NCBI GenBank assembly: GCA_965371515.1
Contig: CBDUYR010000006.1
Span: forward strand, 13,977 to 77,976
DNA from: an uncultured bacterium
GTDB taxonomy: Bacteria; Krumholzibacteriota; Krumholzibacteriia; Krumholzibacteriales; Krumholzibacteriaceae
Direction: 5' to 3'
Length of the DNA: 64,000 nucleotides
The translations under genes and the position numbers were made by a program. Numbering within the stretch: the first letter of the stretch is position 1; every line of letters starts with the position of its first letter. Under the pieces are notes generated by a model. That model was not told the DNA's origin and ran no database searches. It was given only the letters and a program-made list of their open reading frames with translations. Below, piece by piece: positions 1-10,084 of this stretch.

Positions 1-2
1 TG

Positions 3-284
3 CCCGACGCCGCCGACCTGGTCAGGCCGCACGGAACGATCGTCCTGAAATCGACCTTCCACGCTCCGCTTAAATGGAACCCGTCGAGGATCGCCGTCGA
101 CGAAATAACGGTCGTAGGCTCGAGATGCGGACCGTTCGAGACTGCACTCGGTCTGCTGGAGAAGAAGAAGGTCGTGACCGCGCCGTTCCTGACGGCGATC
201 TACCCATTCGAGAAATGGGAGACGGCATTCCGGCGCGCGAGACGGAAGGACAGCTTCAAGATCCTGCTCGATATGCAGGCCTGA
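3..284 (+). CDS. Zn-dependent alcohol dehydrogenase (MDR family), C-terminal part; truncated by the window start
   Basis: Frame 3 reads PDAADLVRPHGTIVLKSTF...VDEITVVGSRCGPFETAL...FKILLDMQA*, a typical MDR C-terminus. Not in the ORF track because the start lies outside the window. Confidence 0.8.
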   Translation, partial: PDAADLVRPHGTIVLKSTFHAPLKWNPSRIAVDEITVVGSRCGPFETALGLLEKKKVVTAPFLTAIYPFEKWETAFRRARRKDSFKILLDMQA

Positions 285-332
285 CAGAGAATTTCACTTT
301 CCTCGGCGCTCTCCACGATATATAACTGGAAC

Positions 333-1067
333 ATGCTGTTCTTACCTCTGAAAGATATCAATCCCACGCGCAGGAGACCCGTCATCACGTGGACGCTGAT
401 CGCGATGAACATCCTCGTCTTCTTTTATCAGTTGTGGCACGGCAACAGCGGCGCCAGTCTAGTCGCCTCTCTCGGCGCTACGCCTTTCGAGATAACGAGG
501 ATGACCGACCTCACAGGTCCGATAGCGGGTATCCTCCACGCACCGGGACCGAAGCCGATCTTCATGACCCTCTTCACCTCGATGTTCCTGCACGGCGGTT
601 TCCTCCACATCGGCTCCAACATGCTCTACCTCTGGATCTTCGGCAACAACATAGAGGACGTCCTCGGTCCGATGAAGTTCATCGTATTCTACTTTGCCTC
701 AGGGCTGATAGCCCACGCGATGCACATCGCCGCCGATTCCGGTTCGATTATCCCGACGATAGGGGCGAGCGGGGCTATATCGGGCGTCATGGGGGCCTAC
801 CTGGTCCTCTATCCGCAGGCGAGGATCATGACCCTGCTGTGGATATTCATATTCATTCAGTTCCTCTACATCCCCGCCTTCGTGATAATCATCTACTGGT
901 TCGTCATCCAGCTTGTAAGAGGATTCGTGTCCCTCGGCGGTCAGTTCGGCGGAGGAGTGGCCTGGTTCGCGCACATAGGCGGTTTTCTCGGAGGGGTGTT
1001 CCTCATATTCCTGATGGCCGGCGGCCGTATCTACTGGCTGCGCAGAGGTGGCAGCAACAGGTACTAG
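333..1067 (+). CDS. Rhomboid-family intramembrane serine protease
   Basis: SMFLHGGFLHIGSNM, GASG (catalytic Ser) and AWFAHIGG (catalytic His); multiple TM helices. Confidence 0.95.
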   Translation: MLFLPLKDINPTRRRPVITWTLIAMNILVFFYQLWHGNSGASLVASLGATPFEITRMTDLTGPIAGILHAPGPKPIFMTLFTSMFLHGGFLHIGSNMLYLWIFGNNIEDVLGPMKFIVFYFASGLIAHAMHIAADSGSIIPTIGASGAISGVMGAYLVLYPQARIMTLLWIFIFIQFLYIPAFVIIIYWFVIQLVRGFVSLGGQFGGGVAWFAHIGGFLGGVFLIFLMAGGRIYWLRRGGSNRY

Positions 1068-1077
1068 GCAGACTGAA

Positions 1078-2100
1078 ATGATCCCCGTGTTTACAAGACT
1101 CATCATAGACAAGCGGGCTCTCGACGATCCCCTGACATGCAGGATCAGGAGCGTCCTCGGCGACATAGAGGAGATCGTGACCGGCGATACAGGCGATCAT
1201 CCCGGCGCGGGGTCTCTCGTCCTGAAATTCCACGAGGGCCGCTTCGTCAAGGACTTCCCCGTCACGCCCGGCGCTCCCCCGTGCGGAGAGAAGTATATAG
1301 CCGCTCTGCAGGGATGCCTCTACGACTGCTCGTACTGCTATCTCAGGTCGTACCTCTCCCACAGCACCATCACCCTGCTGGTAAACAGCGGGAAGATGGA
1401 GAGCGATATCAGGGAAGCTCTGGATGCGGGAACGGTCCGTCTGACGACCGGCGAGCTGAGCGACAGCCTCGCGCTCGACCACATCACCGGGCTGACCTCC
1501 TCGATCCTCCCGCTGCTCGAGGGAACATCGGCTGTGATCGAAGCGAGGACAAAGAGCGCCAACGTCGATCACCTCCCCGGATTGAATGGAAGCGATGCAG
1601 AGCTTGCCCGGAAGCATCTGCTCGTCACGTGGACGATCTCTCCTATGGAAGCGATGAAGTCCGAGGAGCCTGGAGCCGCCACGCTCGACGAACGTCTCGG
1701 GGCGATTTCGAAGGTAACGTCGGCAGGCATCGGGTTCGCCCTGCGGCTCGACCCGATAATCCCGTTCTACTGGGATGCAGGTTCGTATCGTGAGCTGCTG
1801 CAGCGGGTGAAGGATGAAGCGGGAGATGCGCCGCGAAGAATAGAGATGGGCCTGCTCCGCTTCCCTCCCGGCTTGATCGAGAGCGTCAGGAAGGTCTTGC
1901 CGTACAGTCCGATCCTCCAGGGGGAGTACGTTCGCGATCGCGAGGGAAAGATGAGACTCTACCGTCCGATGAGGGTGGGAATATACCGCGAGGCGGCCGG
2001 CATGATCGGGGAGTTATTCCCCGATACGGAGATCGAGCTGAGCCAGGAGGACCGGACCGTGTGGGAGGACGCAGACCTCGAACCGCCCGTCGTATGCTGA
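1078..2100 (+). CDS. Spore photoproduct lyase (SplB)-like radical SAM protein
   Basis: GCLYDCSYCYL (CxxxCxxC), TGELSDSLALD, EARTKS, ERLGAI, LDPII, KMRLYRPMR. Start placed at ATG 1078, after the rhomboid stop. Confidence 0.85.
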   Translation: MIPVFTRLIIDKRALDDPLTCRIRSVLGDIEEIVTGDTGDHPGAGSLVLKFHEGRFVKDFPVTPGAPPCGEKYIAALQGCLYDCSYCYLRSYLSHSTITLLVNSGKMESDIREALDAGTVRLTTGELSDSLALDHITGLTSSILPLLEGTSAVIEARTKSANVDHLPGLNGSDAELARKHLLVTWTISPMEAMKSEEPGAATLDERLGAISKVTSAGIGFALRLDPIIPFYWDAGSYRELLQRVKDEAGDAPRRIEMGLLRFPPGLIESVRKVLPYSPILQGEYVRDREGKMRLYRPMRVGIYREAAGMIGELFPDTEIELSQEDRTVWEDADLEPPVVC

Positions 2101-2107
2101 CCGCTGG

Positions 2108-2764
2108 TCACTTCTCTACAGGAGACGGCATCCCGTCTAATCCCAGCGTCTTCCCGTCGAGATGGGAGACGTCCCCGAGCAATCTCAGGCGCGGCCTGAA
2201 ATCTATCATCACCGTTGTCAGAGAGGTGTTCGGCAGGGAGAACGACCAGATGTCGTCGGGGGACATGCCGAGGATATGCGTCAGCCAGGCGCATATGATC
2301 CCGCCGTGCGAGACGATGAGTATGTCGCCCTTGGAAGAGTCGATGATCCCGTCTACCGTACGGCTGGCCCTCTCGTGGAATTCCATGAAAGGTTCGGCGC
2401 CCTCGATGGCGACCTTGGACGGGCCGCTGAACCACAGCTCGAGCTCCCCTGGGTATCTCTCCTTGACCTCGCTGACCAACAGCCCCTCCCACTCACCAAA
2501 CGAGATCTCCCGCAGTTCGTCCATGAACTCTATCGAGCGATCGTCGCCGAGGGCGATTCGAGCCGTCTCGACGGCGCGCTCCGCGCTGCTGCAGTATATC
2601 CGCGAGAATTCCATCGAGCGCAGCCGTTCACCAAGCAGCCCTGCCTGGGCTCTTCCCAGCTCGCTCAGGTGGACATCTCCGTGGTTTCCCTGTACCCTGC
2701 GAACGCTGTTCCAGGTCGATTCGCCGTGCCTTACGAGGTCAATTCTCCTGATACTGTCGCTCAT
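2108..2764 (-). CDS. Histidine phosphatase (phosphoglycerate mutase/CobC-like) family protein
   Basis: LVRHGES, LREISFGEWEG and VSHGG motifs. Confidence 0.93.
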   Translation of the reverse strand: MSDSIRRIDLVRHGESTWNSVRRVQGNHGDVHLSELGRAQAGLLGERLRSMEFSRIYCSSAERAVETARIALGDDRSIEFMDELREISFGEWEGLLVSEVKERYPGELELWFSGPSKVAIEGAEPFMEFHERASRTVDGIIDSSKGDILIVSHGGIICAWLTHILGMSPDDIWSFSLPNTSLTTVMIDFRPRLRLLGDVSHLDGKTLGLDGMPSPVEK

Positions 2765-2888
2765 GCTCCTCCTCTTTGTGAGAGACTGAATCTACCAGAC
2801 GGAGCGATTTATCTCAAGATGCCTTGCGGTAACCGGAACTTTTTCTTACTCTTTACCTACCTGATATATACCGTTTCATGACAGGATC

Positions 2889-4745
2889 ATGCGGATGCTA
2901 AGGATCATGCTGAGAAGCCTGTTTATAATTCTAGTTCTGGCGGCCACTGCGACGTCATGCACCTCGGCGCCCGAGTTCAAGCTCCTCTCGAGAGACTTGT
3001 TCGAGAACCCCGCACGGGACGCGGCCTTCTTCGACGGGGGAACGATCCTTGCGGCCGGCGGAGCGACCGTGGTGATCCCCGACGGGACCCGGCCTGAAGA
3101 GGGAATCCTGGTACTCCTCGACGGTGAGCCGATGGACATCGTAACCACGGGATCGACCGCATGGATCGCGGTGAAAGACCTGGGCCTCGTGGCGATCGAC
3201 CTCTCCGATCCCGCCCGTCCGGTGGAACGGACAATCTACGTGATAGAGGATGCCAATTCCTGCGCGGCGAATGGGCGGTTCCTGATGGTAGGTGGAACCC
3301 GGTCGGGCCTCTATCTCTTCGACATATCCGATCCGGACACGCCGTCATTCGTCTCCTCTCTCGAGAAAACGGCGCCGGGAGCCGCGCTGGCGGCATCTGA
3401 CAAACTCTTCGCTGCAGCTTACGATCACACTGTGATCCTGATGGCTGTCGGTGATAGCGGCATAAAAGAGATCTCACGACTGGAGGCGCCGTCAAGGATC
3501 GCCCGGGCCGAGCTGGCCGGAACGATCCTCCATCTACTCTCATCCGATGGAAATGTATACAGATATAACGTGAGCAAGCCTCGCCTGCCCGAACCACACT
3601 CTTCCCTTCCAGAAAATAATATCAGCGATTTATGCACGGGGGCAAACAGCGGACTCGCTCTACTGAAGACAGGTCTCATCGTTCCGTTCCCGATCCCCGG
3701 GACGAATGATACATCGAGCGAGCCTCGCTTTCCCGATCCGCGTTACTCCCTGATACACGGTGAGGGGATGACGAAGTCCCCGAGCTTCCCCGGCACATCG
3801 ATCAGGTGTTCCGGAGACAGGCTGATCATCTTCGGGCCGGTGACGGGATTTCATTTCTACAGGCTCGGCACGGAATACACGAGGGCTGAGGGCGAGGTTA
3901 CCACCAGGGGGTTCGCGCTAGACCTCGTCGTCATTGGAGAATATATTTATCTGGCAAACGGCAGGGACGGACTGAGGATCGGCCGCGTGGCCGGCAACGG
4001 ATCGGTCGAGTGGACAGGACACGTCCCAACTACAGAAGCCAGGGACATCGCGATAGAGGGCGACATACTAGTGATGGCCAACGGCATGGACGGCGTGAAG
4101 TTCTTTCGTAATACTGTCCCCGACTCCCCGGTCCTCCTCTCGACCTACAAGTCTCCGTCATACCTCTCAGCCGTCAGGGTGCAGGCGGGCAGGGCGTACC
4201 TCGCCGGCGGGTTCCGCGGCATTGAAGTCGTCGATTTCACCGATCCGGCCAGCCCTGTACTCGTATGGAGAGAGGACCTCTCCGAGGTCAGGGGGGTCGA
4301 CGTGGACGACGGATATCTATACGTCGCCGACGGGTTCAACGGATTCAGGATCTATTCCCTCGCTGGAGACCTTCCGGAGTTGATATCGACCATGGACACT
4401 CCGGGCTGGGCCAGCGACCTGTTCATCTCCGGCGACATCCTCCACATCGCGGACGGCCAGAGAGGCTTCATGACGATCGATGTCAGCGACCACTCTGCTC
4501 CAAAGAAGCTCGGCCGCATCGAGACAGGGGCGCTCGCCAGGACGATCCACGCTCGAGGCGACATCGTATTCATCGCCACGCAGATACTCGGTATCACCGC
4601 CATCGATATCTCGAATCCAGGGAAACCGACGATCGCGGCGAGGTACAAGACAGTAAATGACGCCAGAGGAATCTTCGCCGACGACAGGTTCGTTTATCTG
4701 GCGAGCGGCTCGGGCGGACTGTATATTTTCAGGTACGAAAAATAA
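2889..4745 (+). CDS. Secreted/lipoprotein LVIVD-repeat (beta-propeller) protein
   Basis: Signal peptide with ATSC lipobox-like end; repeated YLAxGxxGLxIxDxSDPxxP units. Confidence 0.85.
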   Translation: MRMLRIMLRSLFIILVLAATATSCTSAPEFKLLSRDLFENPARDAAFFDGGTILAAGGATVVIPDGTRPEEGILVLLDGEPMDIVTTGSTAWIAVKDLGLVAIDLSDPARPVERTIYVIEDANSCAANGRFLMVGGTRSGLYLFDISDPDTPSFVSSLEKTAPGAALAASDKLFAAAYDHTVILMAVGDSGIKEISRLEAPSRIARAELAGTILHLLSSDGNVYRYNVSKPRLPEPHSSLPENNISDLCTGANSGLALLKTGLIVPFPIPGTNDTSSEPRFPDPRYSLIHGEGMTKSPSFPGTSIRCSGDRLIIFGPVTGFHFYRLGTEYTRAEGEVTTRGFALDLVVIGEYIYLANGRDGLRIGRVAGNGSVEWTGHVPTTEARDIAIEGDILVMANGMDGVKFFRNTVPDSPVLLSTYKSPSYLSAVRVQAGRAYLAGGFRGIEVVDFTDPASPVLVWREDLSEVRGVDVDDGYLYVADGFNGFRIYSLAGDLPELISTMDTPGWASDLFISGDILHIADGQRGFMTIDVSDHSAPKKLGRIETGALARTIHARGDIVFIATQILGITAIDISNPGKPTIAARYKTVNDARGIFADDRFVYLASGSGGLYIFRYEK

Positions 4746-4772
4746 ATGGTTCCAGGGAAGGATAGATAACGT

Positions 4773-6611
4773 ATGAGAACCCCACCGATCTTAAGGACAG
4801 CTGCCCTTATAATGCTCCTCGTTGCGGCCGCCGCTGCGCCATCTCTGGCCCAGCTCTTCTCGCAGTCCGGCAACCTCGTCGACACGGACGGATACGCGTC
4901 GCTGACCGTCTTCCATCCCGGCTCGACCGGATTTATAGCGGTCAAGGCCGTGATCAAGGACGAGTGGCACATAAACTCCGACTCCCCCCTCGACAAGTAC
5001 CTCATCCCGACCACGCTGTCCGTCTCCGCTCCGGAGGGCATCGTCGTAAGGAGCATTCTCTACCCCGTGCCGGAGATGCTCAAGCTCGAGATCAGCGACA
5101 GGAAGATGCCTCTCTATCACGGGACGGTCAACTTCGGTGCGATCATCGAATGCTCCGAAGAGATCGAACCGGGCGAATACACGATCCGGGCGGCGCTCAA
5201 ATACCAGGGATGCAACAACATGACCTGCCTCGAGCCGGCCACCGCCATCGAAGAGATCACGATAAGAGTCGGTACGATGGAGGAGCTCGGAGAGATAGCG
5301 CATGAGAATATCTTCCTCGCTCCGCCCTTCATCGACGGCAGGGGCACACCGGTCACCGCCGGAACTGAAGAGGGCGACAACAGCTTCGGTGACCTGCTCG
5401 AGGAACACGGATTGATCCTTGCGTTCATATTCATCTATCTCGGGGGTCTGGCGCTGAACCTCACTCCATGCGTCTATCCCCTCATACCGATCACGGTGAG
5501 CTACTTCGGAGGCCAGGCGGGCGGAAAGACATCGCGCACCTTCGTACTCACCCTCTTCTATGTCCTCGGGATGTCGATCACCTACAGCATCCTCGGGACA
5601 ATCGCCGCCACGACGGGCGGCCTGTTCGGTTCGGCTCTGCAGAACCCGTGGTTCATCCTGTTCATCGCCGCCGTCCTCGTGGGGCTGGCCGCATCGATGT
5701 TCGGCCTCTGGGAGTTTCGGATGCCGACCTTCCTCTCCCGCAGGACCGGACAGGCGAAGCAGGGGCGCTGGGGCGCCATGATGATGGGACTCACGGTGGG
5801 CATCGTCGCCGCACCCTGTATCGGCCCATTCGTCCTCGGGTTGCTCACGTACGTCGGAGAGACGGGCAAGCCGGCGCTCGGCTTCCTCATGTTCTTCACC
5901 CTCGCCTGGGGCATGGGCACACCGTTCATCGTACTCGGTACGATCTCGGGAAGCATATCTAAACTCCCTCAGTCGGGGCACTGGATGGTCTGGGTAAAGA
6001 AAATATTCGGGTTCATCCTCCTTATGATGGCCCTCTACTTCGCCAGGCACATCCTCGGATCGACAGTAACGAATATCGGCTACGTGATCCTCGCCCTCAT
6101 CGCGGGACTCGTGCTGTGGCCGTTCGACCGCACCCCCCAGAGGGGCAGGGGTTTCATTATCCTCAAGACGGTCGTCGGTGCGGCCTGGCTGATAGCCGCG
6201 GTCGCCATACTCGCAATGCCGGGCGGTCCGTTCAGGGCAGCCCTCGAGCATGAAGGCATCGAGTGGGAACCGTTCACCGAGGAACGTATCGCCGGGGCTA
6301 AGGCCGAAGGCAGGCCGGTAATGATCGACTTCTCCGCCGACTGGTGCATCCCGTGCCGCGAGCTCGACCACAAGACCTTTACCGATGATGCCGTGATCGA
6401 ATATGCAGAGAATTTCGTCAGGCTGAAGATGGACCTGACCACGATAGACGGCGACAAGAAACGTATAAAAAAGGTCTTCGGCATCAGGGGAGTGCCCACA
6501 ATAATATTCCTCGACACATCGGGAGAGGAGAAGTCCGGAGCAAGAGTCACTGGATTCGTCGGACCCGACCGTTTCCTCGAGCGGATGAAGGGCGCCTACA
6601 AGAAAGAATAG
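4773..6611 (+). CDS. dsbD: Thiol:disulfide interchange protein DsbD (alpha, beta, gamma domains)
   Basis: N-domain WHINS and QGCNNMTC; TM-domain LTPCVYP and AAPCIGP; thioredoxin ADWCIPC and GVPT. Confidence 0.95.
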   Translation: MRTPPILRTAALIMLLVAAAAAPSLAQLFSQSGNLVDTDGYASLTVFHPGSTGFIAVKAVIKDEWHINSDSPLDKYLIPTTLSVSAPEGIVVRSILYPVPEMLKLEISDRKMPLYHGTVNFGAIIECSEEIEPGEYTIRAALKYQGCNNMTCLEPATAIEEITIRVGTMEELGEIAHENIFLAPPFIDGRGTPVTAGTEEGDNSFGDLLEEHGLILAFIFIYLGGLALNLTPCVYPLIPITVSYFGGQAGGKTSRTFVLTLFYVLGMSITYSILGTIAATTGGLFGSALQNPWFILFIAAVLVGLAASMFGLWEFRMPTFLSRRTGQAKQGRWGAMMMGLTVGIVAAPCIGPFVLGLLTYVGETGKPALGFLMFFTLAWGMGTPFIVLGTISGSISKLPQSGHWMVWVKKIFGFILLMMALYFARHILGSTVTNIGYVILALIAGLVLWPFDRTPQRGRGFIILKTVVGAAWLIAAVAILAMPGGPFRAALEHEGIEWEPFTEERIAGAKAEGRPVMIDFSADWCIPCRELDHKTFTDDAVIEYAENFVRLKMDLTTIDGDKKRIKKVFGIRGVPTIIFLDTSGEEKSGARVTGFVGPDRFLERMKGAYKKE

Positions 6612-6642
6612 TTGAATGTCAGGATAATGGAGGGATAGAAAC

Positions 6643-7872
6643 TTGGGCAGCCTTAAGAAACTCCTGGTACTCTCCATCTGGAACGATCCATGGTCGCTCG
6701 GCGAAGGAAGCGGGGTCCCCGACGAGATACATTTCATACACAGGCTCAGGGACGCCGGCGTCGAACTTCACTTTCTTATCCCCGAATCGGCAGACGGAAA
6801 GACACGGCGGGGTGAGAACGGCGTTCACTTCCATACATACAACAACATCTTCCACAAGTCGCGCATTCTCCCCTCTCCACTGAGAAGGCTTACGATCCCA
6901 TATATATATACCTGCTCAGTCTACAGAGAGGTCCGCCGCGTAGTCGAGCAGGTCGAACCGGACGTCATTCTTGGCTTTTCCCATTTTGCTATCGAACCAC
7001 TCAGCAGGATCGGCAGGCAGAAGGGAATTCCCACGGCGGTCAAGCTGTTCGGCGTGATGTACCTTGCGTGGAAGGACCTTCCGCGGCTGAAGCGCTGGTG
7101 GCTCAACTTCGATCAGGAAAGGGCGCTGAAGTACCCCCTCGATAAATATATGGTGCTCAACGACGGCACGATGGGCGACCGGGCACTTGCGGCTAACGGC
7201 ATACCAGGAGATAAGATCGAGTTCCTTCCTAACGGCATGAACATGGAATGGGCAGGGATAGAGATCGATGTCGCCGCTGAGCGCAGAGGGTTCGGCCTCC
7301 CTGTCGACAAGATCCTCATCGTCACCATGTCGCGACTCATCAAGCTCAAGCGGGTCGACCTGCTGATAGAGGCCGTCTCGAAGATGAGCGACGAGGCAAG
7401 AGACAGAGCATCCCTCGTCATCACGGGAGACGGAGCAGACAAACCGGCGCTCGAAGAGATGTCCCGTACCCTCGGACTTGCCGGCATGACTCATTTCACT
7501 GGTGCGATACCGTACGATGAAATGCCGCGGCTGTTGAAATCGTGCGATATCTTCGCCGCGACGAGCGAACTGACCAACATGTCGATGCCACCGTGCGAAG
7601 CGATGCTCTGCGGGCTCCCCGTAGCGGCCTTCGACGTGGCCGGAACGTCAGAAGCGATCCGCGACGGTGAAACCGGGCTGCTCGTGGAAAACGGCGACAC
7701 CTGCGCAATGGCCTCGACTCTAGACAGGCTCGTTCTCGACTCAGGGATAAGAGAGAATCTCGGAAGGGGGGCCGCCGCGTACGCAGCGGAGAATTTTATG
7801 TCGTGGGACCGGCGGACGGCCAGGGAGCTCAAGGTCCTCGAAGAACTCGCCTCAAGAAACAACCCCGGATAA
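6643..7872 (+). CDS. Glycosyltransferase family 4 (GT-B)
   Basis: SRLIKLKRVD, EAMLCGLPVAAFDVAGTSEAIRDGETGLLV. TTG start after GGAGG. Confidence 0.9.
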   Translation: MGSLKKLLVLSIWNDPWSLGEGSGVPDEIHFIHRLRDAGVELHFLIPESADGKTRRGENGVHFHTYNNIFHKSRILPSPLRRLTIPYIYTCSVYREVRRVVEQVEPDVILGFSHFAIEPLSRIGRQKGIPTAVKLFGVMYLAWKDLPRLKRWWLNFDQERALKYPLDKYMVLNDGTMGDRALAANGIPGDKIEFLPNGMNMEWAGIEIDVAAERRGFGLPVDKILIVTMSRLIKLKRVDLLIEAVSKMSDEARDRASLVITGDGADKPALEEMSRTLGLAGMTHFTGAIPYDEMPRLLKSCDIFAATSELTNMSMPPCEAMLCGLPVAAFDVAGTSEAIRDGETGLLVENGDTCAMASTLDRLVLDSGIRENLGRGAAAYAAENFMSWDRRTARELKVLEELASRNNPG

Positions 7873-7878
7873 CAAAGC

Positions 7879-7917
7879 GCGCCACGGGTTCACAAGCGAT
7901 TTGCAAATCCGTGGCGC
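7879..7917. terminator. Stem-loop between convergent genes, probable terminator
   Basis: GCGCCACGGGTT pairs with AATCCGTGGCGC, just after the GT4 stop. Confidence 0.55.
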
Positions 7918-8060
7918 CTCAGAAATATGAGTATTACTGGAGCGAGATACCCCGGGAACCCGGACTCGATACCGCCTCACCTACGGGACGGCACCATAAC
8001 ATTTAATCCCCCGGGACTTTTCCTCGACCCGTTACAATTCTATCCCGCTTTTCGCGTCTG

Positions 8061-9152
8061 TCAAGCCCTGCTGGAAGATATTATCGAAGTCAATGCAGAG
8101 ATAAATGATCCGGTCTCGTACGTCCCCTTGAACATCTGATCCTTTACGTCGATCCTGCCGCCGATCGTCATCATTCTCATCGGAACACCGATGCCGCTCA
8201 TCTCGACAAGATCCCGGCCGAGAGTATTGCCGCCGAAGATCCATTCGATCGCTCGCTCCACCTCGGAATCATACGTGCGCTCGCCACCGGCTTCGTAGTA
8301 ATGGTAAACGGCGTTGACGAAAAAGGCCTGGTGACATGTATAGAGGTATTCCCAGTAGTCGGGCGACTTGCTGATAATCTTTTTCTTCAGCTTACTCACC
8401 GCTGAGAGATCCTCCCAGATGAATGCCCCGTTATCAAGCATACGAACGCCGATCGTGTAATCGAGCGTTCTCTCGATGTTCAGGAGATATTCTGTCCGCC
8501 CGGTGACACCGATCGCCTGCCCGATCCCCCAGAGGATGTACATCTGGTTCTGGTGACGTCTCGTCGTCGAATTTGAGAATTCAAATATACCGTCATGGTC
8601 CTGTTTCCCGATGAACGTGTCGAAAGCGGCTGTGATATCATCCAACAGCCCCCGGTCCTCATCCACACTATAGAGGCAACACCAGCCACTGAGTACGTGG
8701 CTGTCCTCACTGCCGTCGAACCTGAACCTCTCCTTCGAAACGGAATGCAGCATCTTCGCGGTATCGAGGTACGCGGTATCGCCGAAGACCTGGAAGGCCA
8801 TGCTGAACACCGAGATTAACGGACCCATGCCGATGCCCGGCATCGACCGCAGGATTTTTTCCTTCTCCAGGTTGCGCGTTTGAAAGGCGAGTTCGGACCT
8901 TATCCTTCCGTCGTACGAATCGTCCCCAAGCCCGGAGCTCCTCCAGTTCATCACACCCGTCATCGCAAGGGGGACATACCTGTAGATATAGGTATCGTCC
9001 AGCGACCAGACCGGCCTGCCATCGCAGGAGAGCCTGAAGTCCAGACCCCTTACGACCTTTCCATCTTTCTCATCCCAGAAGCCGTTCTTCCCGACGGGGC
9101 GGAAGATCGCGTCCAGGGCTGACCTTAGATATGTATGTCTTTCTTCGCTCAC
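8061..9152 (-). CDS. Hypothetical protein, probable (alpha/alpha)-barrel (six-hairpin glycosidase/epimerase-like)
   Basis: Repeated helical units such as FGDTAYLDTA, TGRTEYL and YEAGGERTY; Trp/Tyr/His-rich. 4-bp overlap with the upstream acyltransferase. Confidence 0.55.
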   Translation of the reverse strand: MSEERHTYLRSALDAIFRPVGKNGFWDEKDGKVVRGLDFRLSCDGRPVWSLDDTYIYRYVPLAMTGVMNWRSSGLGDDSYDGRIRSELAFQTRNLEKEKILRSMPGIGMGPLISVFSMAFQVFGDTAYLDTAKMLHSVSKERFRFDGSEDSHVLSGWCCLYSVDEDRGLLDDITAAFDTFIGKQDHDGIFEFSNSTTRRHQNQMYILWGIGQAIGVTGRTEYLLNIERTLDYTIGVRMLDNGAFIWEDLSAVSKLKKKIISKSPDYWEYLYTCHQAFFVNAVYHYYEAGGERTYDSEVERAIEWIFGGNTLGRDLVEMSGIGVPMRMMTIGGRIDVKDQMFKGTYETGSFISALTSIISSSRA

Positions 9153-10084
9153 GAATCGTCACCTGCAACATGTGTTCGTTTGTACTCTTCCTCTGTCGTA
9201 TATATCGTCACTGCATCCCTGATCAGCTCTCCCTGCACCTGGTAGAGGTCCTCCGCCTTTACCGTCCAGGCCGTCGTGTCGCCGAATTTTCCGTACCTGA
9301 TCATTTCTCGTCCGGCGAGAATATCGGTAAAGAATCCCCTTATCCAGTCACCTTCAGGCCTGTGGTCAATCCGGGTCCTCGCCACCTCGGGGTCCTGCGG
9401 ACTTACCTTCATCGTGCTGGTCCTGCCGCTCCAGTCCTTCACCTCTACTTCGTATTCCTTGTGGTAATAGACATCGACGGGGAAATCATCCACAACATCC
9501 TCGATGATGTGATAGAAGGTCACAGGACCGATATCTATCCCTATCCCCACAAGCTTGCCACCAGCCTTCAGGAAGTTGTGAAAAGGAGTGCCCTCGCCGA
9601 ATGTAGTCGGGCTGAGATGATGGCTGCCCGTGACTTCCGTTGCCATCTTCCCCATTGCACTGACCGAGCTCGTGGGATGTATGCTCCTGACCGCACCTTC
9701 TCTCTTTCTGAATGTGTCGGGAAGGAACCCGACGGTGGCCGGGGTCGTCAGAGGATCGAAAGTACTGTAATTCTCGAGGGTGGCGACCTGGCTGCGAAGC
9801 GGCATCGAGTAGGCGGGCATCATAACAGTCCCTTCCGGCCCGACTGCTTTAAGAAGAGCGTCGATCACGGTATGAGCGCTGTTCTTCACATTTCCGATCT
9901 GCTTCATCGAGCTGTGGACAAAGATGACGTCACCCTGCTCGATCCCGAGATCCGCGAGGTTACGGTAGAGCTCATCTTCGCCTATCTTCCTCTTGAACAG
10001 CCTGAGGAAGCTGTTTTTCCTCTTCTTGACGACTTTCTTGAAACCGGGAGGTGCATTATTCTCGTAGAAATTCTTAAGGCTCAT
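9149..10084 (-). CDS. AAC(3) family N-acyltransferase
   Basis: GDVIFVHSS, GTVMMPAYS, RSIHPTSSVSAMG and TFYH motifs of the Antibiotic_NAT family. Confidence 0.88.
   Translation of the reverse strand: MSLKNFYENNAPPGFKKVVKKRKNSFLRLFKRKIGEDELYRNLADLGIEQGDVIFVHSSMKQIGNVKNSAHTVIDALLKAVGPEGTVMMPAYSMPLRSQVATLENYSTFDPLTTPATVGFLPDTFRKREGAVRSIHPTSSVSAMGKMATEVTGSHHLSPTTFGEGTPFHNFLKAGGKLVGIGIDIGPVTFYHIIEDVVDDFPVDVYYHKEYEVEVKDWSGRTSTMKVSPQDPEVARTRIDHRPEGDWIRGFFTDILAGREMIRYGKFGDTTAWTVKAEDLYQVQGELIRDAVTIYTTEEEYKRTHVAGDDS

Noticed and set aside
4791..6737. 648-aa ORF antisense to dsbD
   Set aside because: Shadow frame of a GC-rich gene with biased codons; no motifs, while dsbD is unambiguous.
9149..10084. 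Aminoglycoside resistance gene call
   Set aside because: Family membership alone is insufficient; the context is a coupled biosynthetic-looking operon with no mobile-element features.
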